NCBI GenBank assembly: GCA_002256025.1
Contig: NKIB01015257.1
Location: 1 to 36,999, forward strand
Direction of reading: 5' to 3'
DNA length: 36,999 nt
Source: Asterionella formosa
Lineage: Eukaryota
In this document: positions 22,045-33,338 of the stretch, piece by piece
Position numbering within the stretch: the first letter of the stretch is position 1
Layout of the letters: each line of letters begins with the position of its first letter
Position numbers and translations under genes: made by a program
The notes under the pieces: model-generated
The model's input: only the letters and a program-made list of their open reading frames with translations
Database searches by the model: none
What the model was told of the DNA's origin: nothing

Positions 22045-25000
22045 CTATCCATGCATCTTCTTTCCCTTCTTCCGTTTCACCGACTCGTCCCCATTCGTCA
22101 TCGTATCTTCTTTCAGTTTCAGTGATTTCAGCGAAAGCTTGATTCGAAGCGGCTTTTTCTTGGGAGGCTGAGGAGGTTGGTCTTCCAAACCGTTCTTCTT
22201 CATGAAACGTTCCAGTTCTCTTTGCAGAGACATGGAATCGTTGGTGACCCAAGATTCTTCACCATTGAACTGCTTGGCGTTTGCAAATAGAAGCTTCCAG
22301 TCATCCCAAAACTCGTGCATGTTACTATACAGCTGCGCGCGGCATTTCCGAAGGATATCATTTATTGCAATCGGCTTCGTAATCATTGCATAGTAATCAG
22401 GGTAGGTGTCAGGAGAAGGCTTCTCTAGGAAAATCTCCGATAAGCGACGCTTTGTAGCAGGATCCTTGAGCGCGATGACTGTTTTGACAGCGCTGATAAG
22501 CTTGCGGAAGGTCCAATCTGTAAGTTCGCCAGGCGTCCCTGGGTTGACAACGGCTACCGTATCACCGGGAGGATCGTCGTTCGACATTCTTGCAACTTTA
22601 CGTTTTTGGAGGTTTTCTTCTTCGTCTTTGAGTTGCTTGTCCATGATCCGAAGGAACTGCTTCTCGGTTAATCCATCGTCATAAGCAACGTCCTTGCGCT
22701 TTCTCGAGCCATCAACAGAGTGAATAGCACGTGTGTCCTGTGCATCTTTACCGTTTGGATATTTTATCCAGTCAGGAACATCGTCTTGACTCACATACAG
22801 ACCTGGACTAGAAAATACTCTTGAACAATCAGAATCCAATTTGCTGTAAAGCTGAAAGTCTCCTTCGTTATTGCTCAGAAGCTCATTTAAGTCTTCGCCC
22901 TTTTCGTCCATGTCTTCTCCATCATCTTCTTCGTCCCCGGACTCGGACGGGTCTGCTCCAATATCAATTTTTGAATTGGCGTTCGTTTGGGTGTCGAAGT
23001 CGGTCAAAAGCACCTCCATCATTTTCTTACGCTCGAGGCTGTTGTCTTGTTCCACACTACTCTTATCAAACTTTCCTGCTTCGACGACAAGTTCGCTCAT
23101 GTTAAGCTTTTCTGTCGCTCTACTGAGAATCTTCTCTTCGACGGGCGAGTACGTAATCAATCGGAAGACACTGACATCGCTGCGTTGGCCAATTCGGTGT
23201 GATCGGTCCATTGCCTGCAGATCCATCATGGGATTCCAGTCCGAGTCGAAGATGATTACAGAATTGGCGGTGGCAAGATTGAGTCCAAGTCCACCAGCTC
23301 GTGTTGAAAGGAGAAAAATAAAATACGGAGAGTCTGGGGCATTGAATTTGTACATTCGCTTCTCACGCTCATCAGCTGGTGTTGAGCCATCCAAACGAAG
23401 CGACGTGTACCCTCGATAGGCAAAATAGTCCTCCAATATTGTCATGACTGCAGTCATCTGGGTAAACATCAGCACACGATGACCAGCAGCTTTGAGCTTG
23501 GGTAGCATGCGGTCTAACAATTCCATCTTTCCAGAGGATCGAATTATATTGTCGTTGATGTGGTAGCCTTCTGGAGAAAACAAGTAAGGATGGTTGCAAA
23601 CTTTGCGAAGCTGCATAACGACGTTGTTGAGGCCTCGTGTGGGTTCCTGCACAAACGACCCCATTAGTGACTTGTCCTCTTGTGCTTTAGCGCTGATCTG
23701 CTTGTACAGTTCCTTCTGCCAAGATGAAAGCTCGCACCTTAATACTTTCTCCACCTTTTCGGGGAGTTGGTCCAAAACTTCACTCTTTACGCGGCGAAGC
23801 ATGAAGGGGCGTAAAAGCTCGTGTAGACGATGAATGATAAGCATTCGTTCTTCCGTGTTTAACATCTGATCAGTTTGGTCTTGTTCGCTTCCAGCAGTGT
23901 TGCTAAACTGGGAAAAAGGCCGATTAAACCATTGGTCAAAGGATTCAACAGAGTTAAAAATCGTAGGTAACAGGAAATTCAGGAGCGCCCAAAGTTCGGG
24001 CAATGAGTTCTGCAATGGAGTTCCTGTCAGCAGAATTCGATTCTTTGTTGTGTACTGTGTTCCGAGAGTTACGGCGAACTTAGATTGGGCATTCTTCATA
24101 CGATGACCCTCGTCAACAATTGCATATTGCCACATGATTTTCTTGAGGCTACTCTTATCTTTGATGATGTATTCATAGGTTGTTAAGAGAATGTTGAAAT
24201 GGCCGTTACGAACTTCGTCACGATAGAGGTCCTTCCTTTGACCTGGCGTACCCTTGTAGATTACCGTTCGAGCAGCGGGGCACCACTTCGCGATCTCGTT
24301 ACACCAGTTGGATAAAGTTGAAAGAGGAACAATTATAAGATAAGGGCCTAAGTTTTCTTTGAACTCCATCAAATATGCAACTAGGGCAATTGCTTGTATC
24401 GTCTTTCCAAGACCCTGAAAGCATGCAATTCAATTGGATTCGTAAGCGACACAAATTTAACCGTCATTCAGTCGAATACTGAATATTCATATTCAACAAA
24501 GTACTCACCATTTCATCAGCCAGAATTCCATTTAGCTTGTTGTTATACAATGAAACCATCCATTGTAGACCTCCAAGCTGATAATCCTTCAACTCTCCCC
24601 CAACCAAAATACCAGGCTGTCGCACTTCTTCCATCTTCAAATGAGCACTTGCATAGTAACTTCCAGTTTTTGCTGAGGATGCATTCGCGAACTCAGCAGC
24701 GTTGTTTTCAGTGGTGGAGCGTTCCTGCAATAATGACGAAATTTGAGTTATACATTCGTCTGTTTTTTCTAATAAAAACTTGAGACGCTGATTCTTGGTT
24801 TCTTCCAATAGTTGGGAGTAAGCCTGCATATCGTTTGCGCGGAGAGCTGCCAAACGAGCACGTTCTGCTTGCTCTGTATCCTTTTCTTTCTTCTTTTCTT
24901 CTTTGGAGAAACGATCTCTTACTGCACTCGCCATTCGCTTCGCTTCCGCTCGGCGAAACTTGTGAAACTTGAAAAATTCTGTTGAATGACAGAGAATCGC

Positions 25001-26218
25001 CTTTGAAATTTCTTTATGCTGTTTCAGGAGTGACTCTACAGCCACTGCTCGGTTCTTCTTCACAGCTCTGTCCAAGGCTTTGGCGATACGTTTGGGTTCA
25101 ATCTTGATTCGCTTCAGCTTGTCAGGGTCAAGAAGGGACGGGGATTGCAAGGGCGAATCCGCCTTGGGCAGAGTCCTGAGTTGAGCTTGCAAGAGTATTG
25201 CTTGCTTAATGATATCAGGACGAGGCCTCTTACAGATCCCTTGCACAAGGCTAGAACGGTTGTCGCTTGTTCTAACAATGGTCGAAATGGAGTTGGGCAA
25301 AGCTATGTACCGTCCTTTTTGTTGAGTGAAAATACCTGCATGCACTCGCTTCCACAGGTTCCGCTCGTCCGCCTTGATTTGTTGGATAGAAGGCGGCGGT
25401 GGTATCGCAGGTTTTGGTGCAGGCTTTGATACAGGAGGTGGTGCAGGCTTTGGTGCAGGAGGTGGTGCAGGAGGTGGCGCAGGAGGAGGATCATGGACCA
25501 CTGGTTTGGCTACAACCACTGGAGGGTGCTGCACCGGGTTGGGAGGAGCGGAAACCATTGGAATCGGCGCCATCATTTTTCGTTTCTGAGCTTCACGCTC
25601 TCGAGCAACCTTGGCAGCATTGAGGATGGCATGTTTGGGCAGACCTGTAGCAACCGCCTCGTTGAGAGCAACTTCTGAAACACATCCATCAGGTGACCGG
25701 ATGGCTGACCAAATTGCCTTGGCAAGCGCTTGACGAGCTTCCGGAGAAAGCACTACTTTCGGTTTGGGTCTCGGCTGACCAGGAATGTGCGGCTGAGTCG
25801 GTATTGCAGTAGTATAAGGCAGCGCCCTTGGAGCGGGGATGGTCTGTGTTGAATTGACGGCAACAGCCAAGGGATTCGGCACTGCCGTGGCGGTCCATCT
25901 TATGTCTGGCGTCGCAGCAGGTTGACTGGCGATTAGTGGGACTGCGGTCGGCGCTAGAGCTACTTGCCCATTTCCAGAAGAGGTATGCGCTTGTTGCTGA
26001 TGATGGGCAACGGTGGTAGCTATCGATACAGGAGTATGTGCATACCTAGGAGTGACTTGATGCGGAATGCCCCCCGCTCTGGCGATGTTGGAAGGAAGCG
26101 CTGGATTTATCGCTACGGGGGCAGAACGCTCTGGCAAGGAATTCTGATAATCAGGCGGTGAGACATTGGTTCCTGGAGGATTCAAAGCTCCGTTAGAGGA
26201 GTTGTGAGGGTTATTCAT
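22045..26218 (-). CDS. SNF2: SWI/SNF-family chromatin remodelling ATPase (SNF2/BRM/STH1 type) with HSA, helicase and bromodomain (~1359 aa)
   Basis: Exons 26218-24509 and 24414-22045; the 94-bp intron restores GILADEM|GLGKTIQ. Motifs [47 protein letters not shown]-like [18 protein letters not shown] and bromodomain [18 protein letters not shown]. Confidence 0.95.
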
Positions 26219-26381
26219 GCCAAACGGAAGAAAGATACAGACCAACAGAACCAGGGCGACGGCAAACCTGGACGAGGAGAACAGAGGAAACAGAGCACAC
26301 GAAAAAAGCAAGGGACATATCACATGTGCGTATGATGCTTACTACATATGTATTGCTACATAGTTTGCGGTACTTTTGTTA

Positions 26382-26448
26382 GTACCGGTCCCTGGTACTG
26401 GACCACGGTACCTGGTACTGGTAAATGGTACCTGGTACCTGGTACCGG
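26382..26448. repeat. GGTACC(A/T) repeat cluster upstream of SNF2
   Basis: GTACCGGT..CCTGGTAC..GGTACCTGGTAC..GGTACCTGGTACCTGGTACCGG, 165-230 bp before the ATG at 26218. Confidence 0.85.
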
Positions 26449-27369
26449 GTAGACAGACCAGACCAGACCACGACATGCGATGATAGCGGCGGGAGCAGAA
26501 CCGCCTGCTGGCCACGATTGCTCCACTCCTGTACATCGTACGTGCAAACATACTGAAAGGCACTCAGTACCTGCTCGGTCGAAGGACGTACGAGTACCAT
26601 GTGATGATGGTGACACAGGTGGTTCTTAATCACTTCAACAGCCAAAGAATAGGAAGGTGGCATAAGTTGCTAAAGATAGGGGAAAGTGTTTTCAACACAC
26701 CAGCCAAATGATCCGGTCTAATGGCATGCTTGTTAATCTCTCCTGATGGCCAGCTGAAAGCCAACCATGTGAATAAATAAAACAATTACCCAACCTTCCT
26801 GATGATGCATATGTAAACTTGCTTAACCTATTTTCGTCCCCTGCTTGTGATTCTTCAGCAGCCTCCAAATAAATGGATGCCATTTCTAGCCAACTGCGCA
26901 ATCTATACTCTAGGCTTGTTAAAATTATTTCAATCATAGATTATAATGACTGGACCTAGAATTGGTAGACTAGCTCGTAGTAACAAAAGCCAGATTCGGA
27001 ATAATTTGAGACTTGTTCCAAGCAGATCATTTTCCAATTTTTATAATCAACTGAACAGTCAAGGGAGTGACAAGGATATATTCAACAGAAATACCAGTAT
27101 ATACCCAGTGTGCCAGAAAGTTCTGGTAAAAGACAGCTTGCAAATCAATTTCCTGACCAAAGTCCAAGATTATCCTCTGTATGCTGGGTATTATATATTT
27201 TCTAATTGATGTATCATACAATTGGTAATAGTGCTTGTCCACACTGTAGACAAGTTCATGTTTGTCCACACAACAAATATTGGACCATTTTGCTCCCATT
27301 TTGCGCCAAGGTTGCAAAATTTGGTTTGAAACATACATTTAGATCCAGAATTCTACGATTTCAGGAGTA

Positions 27370-28003
27370 CTATTTTAGTTTAAGCAAAGGGACTCTACTT
27401 TGAGCAAAACAACTATAAGTAAACTTACATTAATCAAATCTACTTAAAGCAAAATGTTGCGTAACAAACTAGACAAACATAGTCCTTCATTCATTTGTAC
27501 ATGCTGCCTACGTCACTATGGAAGGAAAATGAGTTACTGGTACACTCCTGTCGGCACATGGATTGCCAAGAATCGACCGGGTTTCATATGAAGCGATATG
27601 TATGAATGGGCTGCTTCACATTGCTACGACTATTGGGCATTACCGGTAGTTTTGACAGCATACTGGTGGAGTGCTTCACATTTGTCAGCTTCTTCCACAA
27701 GGACTGGCTGTATACAATTTGTCAATTCGCAATAAATCAATTCTCAGTAGATTTATTTATTTCACATCTTTTGCTTCGGTTATTCATGTTATTGCTGTAG
27801 TCTTATCTTATTTGTTGTGTAAGGCTTCTCACAGTAAGAAAAATTGCTACTTTAAGCAAACCTACTTTGAGCAAAACTATTTTAAGCAGAACGGTTCTAC
27901 ATTAAGCAAAACCAATGAAAGGAAATGGCAGAATAAGCAAAACAAATTGATCTCAATATTTTAGACTTAACAGAACTAGATGTAGCAAAATTACCGCAAC
28001 TTG
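27370..28003. mobile_element. Right end of a longer member of the CAAGTTGCGGTAATTTTG-TIR family, with subterminal ACTTT(A/G)AGCAAA repeats
   Basis: TIR CAAAATTACCGCAACTTG at 27986-28003 followed by CAG. Degenerate TTTAAGCAAA/TTTGAGCAAA repeats at about 27375-27455 and 27845-27910. No left TIR found, so the left boundary is uncertain. Confidence 0.55.
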
Positions 28004-28521
28004 CAGGTACCCTGTTACCTGGAACCAGGAACTACCCTTGTCATACCACTAAGTACTCCCTCTGTCCAATATCAGTTGCATCGACAATTCAAATTTCTCT
28101 TGGGCCATTTTGCTTGCTTGACTTGTATGATTTTCTCCGGCTTGCTTAATTGCCCTATTGTGGTTATCCCCAAGCTACAGATCCATCTGCATAATGTTTA
28201 GATAGAGAAAGATTATAATTGGCAACTACATTTCAAAAATATGGGCTTTTCGATTTACCAGGAAGAATATTGGATAGATGGAACAGTATCATACTGGGTG
28301 TGTATGCAGTCGTGTACACCGCCACCAGCACGTATTTTTATTCACCGGTTAAACGGTGTTAACAGTCCTGGTACCAGGTACAAGACGATGATATACCGGT
28401 TATGTGGTCCGGCTTTTCTTGTCTTCTTCGCCGAACACACGCACGATACCAGGACGCATGTTTTTCTCTTTCTCCATCATCCGCCAGCCCATTGTATCAC
28501 AACAGTGATGACAAATACGGT

Positions 28522-29018
28522 ATGCACGTCTCTTTTCTTGTTTTCGCTAACATCATGTTATTTACTGCTGCTCGAGCCTTCATTGTTCGCTCGACTACCG
28601 TTAGACAGCCATTCGTTGGTCTTATGGGACGGCCGATGAGCGCTGGTTCACCACCGGACGCTGATATTTCCGTTGTTGCTACTTGTGCAAGAAAGATCCA
28701 AGCGGCTCTGGAAACAAGTAATGTCAAGGTGACAGGTGCGTTCAGTTTTGTTGCAATTTTCGTCTGTTTACAGAAATAATTCTTCATCGCATTCTTTGAA
28801 TTCCTCTAACATCCACGCATTTGATGTTTGTGCTACGTTTAGGCGCTTTTGACGATCCCAACGGATCGCACATCTCGATTGAAGTTGTGTCGCCACTATT
28901 TGAAGGGAAGCGAGCAATGCAAAGGCAACAGCTGGTGTACAAAGCCATTTGGGAAGAAATGCAAGGACCTGTTCATGCTGTGGACTCAATGACTTGCAAG
29001 ACTCCCGACGAGGTCTAG
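28522..29018 (+). CDS. bolA: Plastid-targeted BolA-family protein (plant BOLA4-like, ~129 aa)
   Basis: Exons 28522-28735 and 28843-29018 total 390 nt. Presequence [22 protein letters not shown]; BolA core [51 protein letters not shown]. Confidence 0.92.
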
Positions 29019-29859
29019 TCGGCTTCGAATGATGTGTGAAGGAATAAGGTACAGCGTACAAAAATCAAAATGTCAATGAATCAGCATGGGCTATGATGCA
29101 CCCCCCTTCAGATGCATGTTTGACTTCGTTTTTCTGAACTACTTTGGTGGTTAAACTTTCTACCTTTCGTCAAAGGTATCATGTAGCGAAACCTAATTTC
29201 TTTATCAAATCAATGTTGCATTGTTAAGTCATAACGACAAACAAGTGGTTTGAAAATTTGGATTAATTTCTCTTGGCATTCGTTCGCTATCAAAACGATT
29301 CGCTTGTCTGCAGTCCATCCATCATGTTATTGATAATCTCATGGAGAAAGAGATTAAGTTGCAATATACCCTAGACCAATTTGTACATGTGTTCACCATT
29401 CAAGGAAACATCAATGCATTGAACTTGATAGTGACTGCCATTGTGTTACTAGAAAGTCACATCTGCCGGCATCAACATTTCCGTGAAAGCTAGATTGAGC
29501 TAAGAGATGGAAGAATCATGCATGGTCAATATATATTGATAATGAATAAAAGGAGCATCACAGCTTCTAGTGAGATTGGCACACAACATGACAACAGGTG
29601 GTACAAATTGAAGGGCAATTTATTGCTTGGATAGGTCCCTTTGTGTCAAATTCTTCTGCAGTCTGACTGCAATGCTAGCTTTTTCTAGACAAGCTCAGTG
29701 TATGAATCCAGCAAAAGGAAGAACATATTTCATGTTTCTTACTATGCAATACATTGTTTACTTCACCTTCTGTTTACTGGTATTTAGTACCATTAGCTTC
29801 AGTATTACATAGATAGATGGGTGTGATGGCAGTTGGGTTGAAATGGTCACACACGCATA

Positions 29860-29976
29860 AAGCAAAATTGATAGTACTTTAAGCAAACATACTTAAAGCA
29901 AAACAGTCAAACATTAAACAAATCCTATGGAAGCAGATGGCAGAATAAGCAAAACAAATTGGTCTCAATATTGTAG
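29860..29976. repeat. Diverged second copy of the subterminal segment at 27845-27964
   Basis: ATGGCAGAATAAGCAAAACAAATTG(G/A)TCTCAATATT(G/T)TAG is shared between 29937-29976 and 27925-27964 (38/40), and both are preceded by similar TACTTTAAGCAAAC repeats. Confidence 0.75.
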
Positions 29977-32117
29977 GATAAATCAGATTAAAGCTACATA
30001 CAATTCGAAACAACAAGCCGGAAGGTTTGTTTTATTAAATGAAAATCAAAGATATATATATGAATCAATTTGGATTTGGAATCACTTTAGCTGGCACGAA
30101 GACATATGTAGCACTAGTTTGGCTGGTTGCATCCTAAAACTTCATTAGGTAGCCACCGTTACTACCAGTACAACATTATTTTAGCTTAAGTAAAATTTTA
30201 TACATAAATAGTAACATACATATGAATAAATTTTATGTATACATTAAAATAATTTTACCATCCAATCTCAGTGTTGTCATGGTTGAGTTCATTCATGATG
30301 AACTTGAAATCGAAGTGCAATGCAAAGTGATGATGGTTTCTTGTGAAATTATTGTATTACTAGCTTCATTGTAACTGCTATAAGACTGTATTTGAGCCAT
30401 TCCTGTACAGTTTCAGCTCCAGATAGCTCACTATCAAGCTCAAGAGCTTTTGTTAATGAATCTGTTGGTCATGTGGGCATGGATTTGCCATGCTCAACAC
30501 TAAATAGGTCCCAGATAAACCAAATCTTGTGCTGCCACGCCTCTTGATGTGTTTACCGGTAACTCTGTTAATGGCGGAGATATTGATGAATGAAACGGCA
30601 TGGGAGGTTGTTCTGTTGTCGAGTAAACCAACAGAATAATGCCAACATGGTCAATGTGATTTTAATAAGGGATTTAAACTTGCTGCATTTCAACCCTACA
30701 GGAAAAATTAATATATTACTTAGGGAATGAAATGATTCCATTTGCGGCCCCGCAGTTACACATCACGAGTTCTGTTTCTTCCAAAATAATTTTATTATGT
30801 ACTTTAATCTACACAGTACGTACAACTAAATAAAATAGTTAAAGGTAAAATTAGCTTTCACCAATATATATATGTGTGTTTTGGCCTTGAGTAAAATTAT
30901 GTCTACATTCAGTAGCTAATGTAGCAATAGTATAAATGTTTGAATATCATTTTTTAATGGAATTCTATCAATCTGGCGCCGATTCCTATTTAATTCAAAT
31001 ATTCAAATGGACACTCGAATCGTGGGAATTCATAGTAGGAAACTCCCTGTTCCACGCCGTTTTTACAACCCTAGTGATATTTTCTACGAACTAGGGTTAA
31101 GCCGGGGCCGCAACCTTGAGCGCAAATTATTATCTGTTGTAGTGTCAGGGGTTTTGCTAATACCAGGCCAACGGGGTCTACCTCGTGGACCCAGAGATTG
31201 CATGACATGGAGGTATAATATCAAAATTACCGCAACTTGCCGGTGCTCAGAGTACCTGGTACCTGGCGCCTGCACATTCATATTATTAAGAATGAAATTC
31301 CGGTCTTTCAACGACTACCGGTAATTAGAATTGACTTCTCAAGCGAAACAAAGGAGTAAAAAAATCAACCGTCACTGCAACCGGGTTGATTTTTTCTCCG
31401 TTGTACAGTACTGTAACTTTACCGTGATCAAGTACGGAAGAATAGTCAAGGTATTTTCCTATTCGCAGTAGAACAATGATTGAGGCCTACGGAAAAATAC
31501 AATTTGGGTTAAATAAATATAGATGCATTTGTAAATACTCGGAGTACACAACACGCCTGTATCTCATGAGCTCAAATCATATAAAGGCTGCCACCGCTTG
31601 TGGCTTGGGTACAAAACTGCAATACTATTTTTAGTGGTTGTGTGTAGTTCAAATATTCAATCGTTTATGTAACTTATATCAATTGAATGGTCAATGTAAT
31701 CTATATAGACGATGTAGAAATATTTAAGGAATAAATTGTCCACCTTAGCTCTACTAGTCCATCTCAATTGTGTATGCCAAATCTAAATAGGGGTTATGTT
31801 CAATATACGTATATTGAGTATGGATGTATTCTTCATATTCTTGAATGTAGATTTCCATTTGCTCATATTTCCCTGGTTCTATTTTATTATTTCGATAGTC
31901 TCTACTAAGTATGTTTTGTCTATACTGATCTTCCAGTCGTCAATAGTACCATGAAGCAAACCTGAAGAAAAATGGAACTACCTGGATGGCGTTGCAACCC
32001 CACACATCTATGCATGTGTATTTTAATGTTTTCCTCACTTATGGCGTCATCGTAAAAAGTCACAACAAGCTCGCTATGTTTTTACAGCATGAGAGATTCA
32101 TTCAGAGACCATCCACG

Positions 32118-33338
32118 ATGATACTTTTGGCGGGACTTCTCTTGTCAAGGCTGTCGATAGGGAATTGCCTGAATGACATCACTTTGGAAACAGTTGAAAC
32201 AGCGTCAGTTCCCGTGATTGAGGGCACTTACCAACATCGATTCCATGCAGGGGTCATTTCGGGTCCCAGGTCCGGCCTCCCTCGTGATCTTAAGACGCGG
32301 AGGTCTGACTTTGATAAATATGGCCTCGGGAACTATAGTAGCATATCAACAACGGTTAATAATGATTCACCTGGGAATGTAACCTGGTTTCAGATTGAAG
32401 GAGGAACAGCCATCGGCGTACCTAGAAACGTTAGGGGGAAAGAAAGTAAAAAATCTAAAACCCCCAAGACCCCAAAGCCATCCACAACTTCGAGTCCCTC
32501 ACCATTTCCAATTGCCATTCCTTTGCCTGTTGACACTAAAAAGCCAACTGTTAGCGTCAGAGGCAAAAGAGGAAAGAGGAAAAGAAGCAAACATTCGAAA
32601 ACCCCTAAGACCCCAAAGCCATCCACAGCTTCGAGTCCCTCATCATTGCCAACTGCCCGTCCTTTGCCCATTGAAACTGAAAAACCAATTTTTAACATCA
32701 AAGGCAAAGGAAAGGGGGGGAAAAGTAAAAATTCGAAAAACCCCAAGACAGCAAAGCCATCCACAACTTCGAGTCCGTCACCATTTCCAATTGCCATTCC
32801 TTTGCCCATTGACACTAAAAAGCCAACTTTGAGCAGCACGGTCAAAGGTGGAAAAGAGAAGGGGGGGAAACACAATGGAGGCAAAAATGGGAAAGGTAAG
32901 AAGAAAAATTCGAAAGCGAAGCGACCCACTCAGACGCCGACACCATCCGCATCTCCAGTTTCTTCTTCAACTGTTGCTAGTAGTTTATCCGTCGCCTCTC
33001 CAGGAGACTCTTTTGGTCCATCTGAAGGTACTCTAGTATTTTCTGGAGCTGACTCTGCAGCTTTGTCGCAGTCATTTTCAAGTCATCCATCGACAATTTC
33101 CCCAGAATTGTTAAGTCAATTTACAGAGACTGATCTGCAACTTGCAAATCAAACAACTTTTGCTGGCCAGCAATTGTTGAATCAAGCAGCGGTTGCTGTC
33201 GCAGGAGTCGGGGTTTCTGACTATTCAGGGTCAACAAGGGCAAACGATGATGAAGTTATCTCCAAAGAGGGGGAACAGAGCCTTAACAAGGCTAAGCGAA
33301 AGAGGCGACCTCGAAAACACAAGGAGGTCCAAACATAA
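32118..33338 (+). CDS. Predicted secreted Lys/Ser/Pro/Thr-rich repeat protein (silaffin/cingulin-like composition)
   Basis: ORF 31986-33338; the likely start is ATG 32118, giving the signal-like MILLAGLLLSRLSIGNC. Three ~42-47-aa repeats (KGK..SKxSKTPKTPKPSTTSSPSPFPIAIPLPxDTKKPT) lie at about 32430-32835, followed by a GK-rich tract, an S-rich tract and a basic C-terminus. Confidence 0.7.
   Translation: MILLAGLLLSRLSIGNCLNDITLETVETASVPVIEGTYQHRFHAGVISGPRSGLPRDLKTRRSDFDKYGLGNYSSISTTVNNDSPGNVTWFQIEGGTAIGVPRNVRGKESKKSKTPKTPKPSTTSSPSPFPIAIPLPVDTKKPTVSVRGKRGKRKRSKHSKTPKTPKPSTASSPSSLPTARPLPIETEKPIFNIKGKGKGGKSKNSKNPKTAKPSTTSSPSPFPIAIPLPIDTKKPTLSSTVKGGKEKGGKHNGGKNGKGKKKNSKAKRPTQTPTPSASPVSSSTVASSLSVASPGDSFGPSEGTLVFSGADSAALSQSFSSHPSTISPELLSQFTETDLQLANQTTFAGQQLLNQAAVAVAGVGVSDYSGSTRANDDEVISKEGEQSLNKAKRKRRPRKHKEVQT

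Noticed and set aside
26219..26323. Hydrophobic N-terminal extension on the SNF2 ORF resembling a signal peptide
   Set aside because: It begins at a GTG and reflects a pyrimidine-rich 5' leader; ATG 26218 is the plausible start for a nuclear remodeller.
26692..27403. Several 65-103 aa ORFs in AT-rich DNA
   Set aside because: No recognisable motifs. Possibly decayed TE interior, but no family can be assigned.
10482..29018. Possible functional gene cluster (MYG1, TYW2, chlD, RAD17, SNF2, BolA)
   Set aside because: These are unrelated housekeeping functions in mixed orientation, an ordinary compact eukaryotic gene order.
32390..32929. 179-aa antisense hydrophobic ORF
   Set aside because: It is the mirror of the Lys/Pro-rich repeats on the plus strand.
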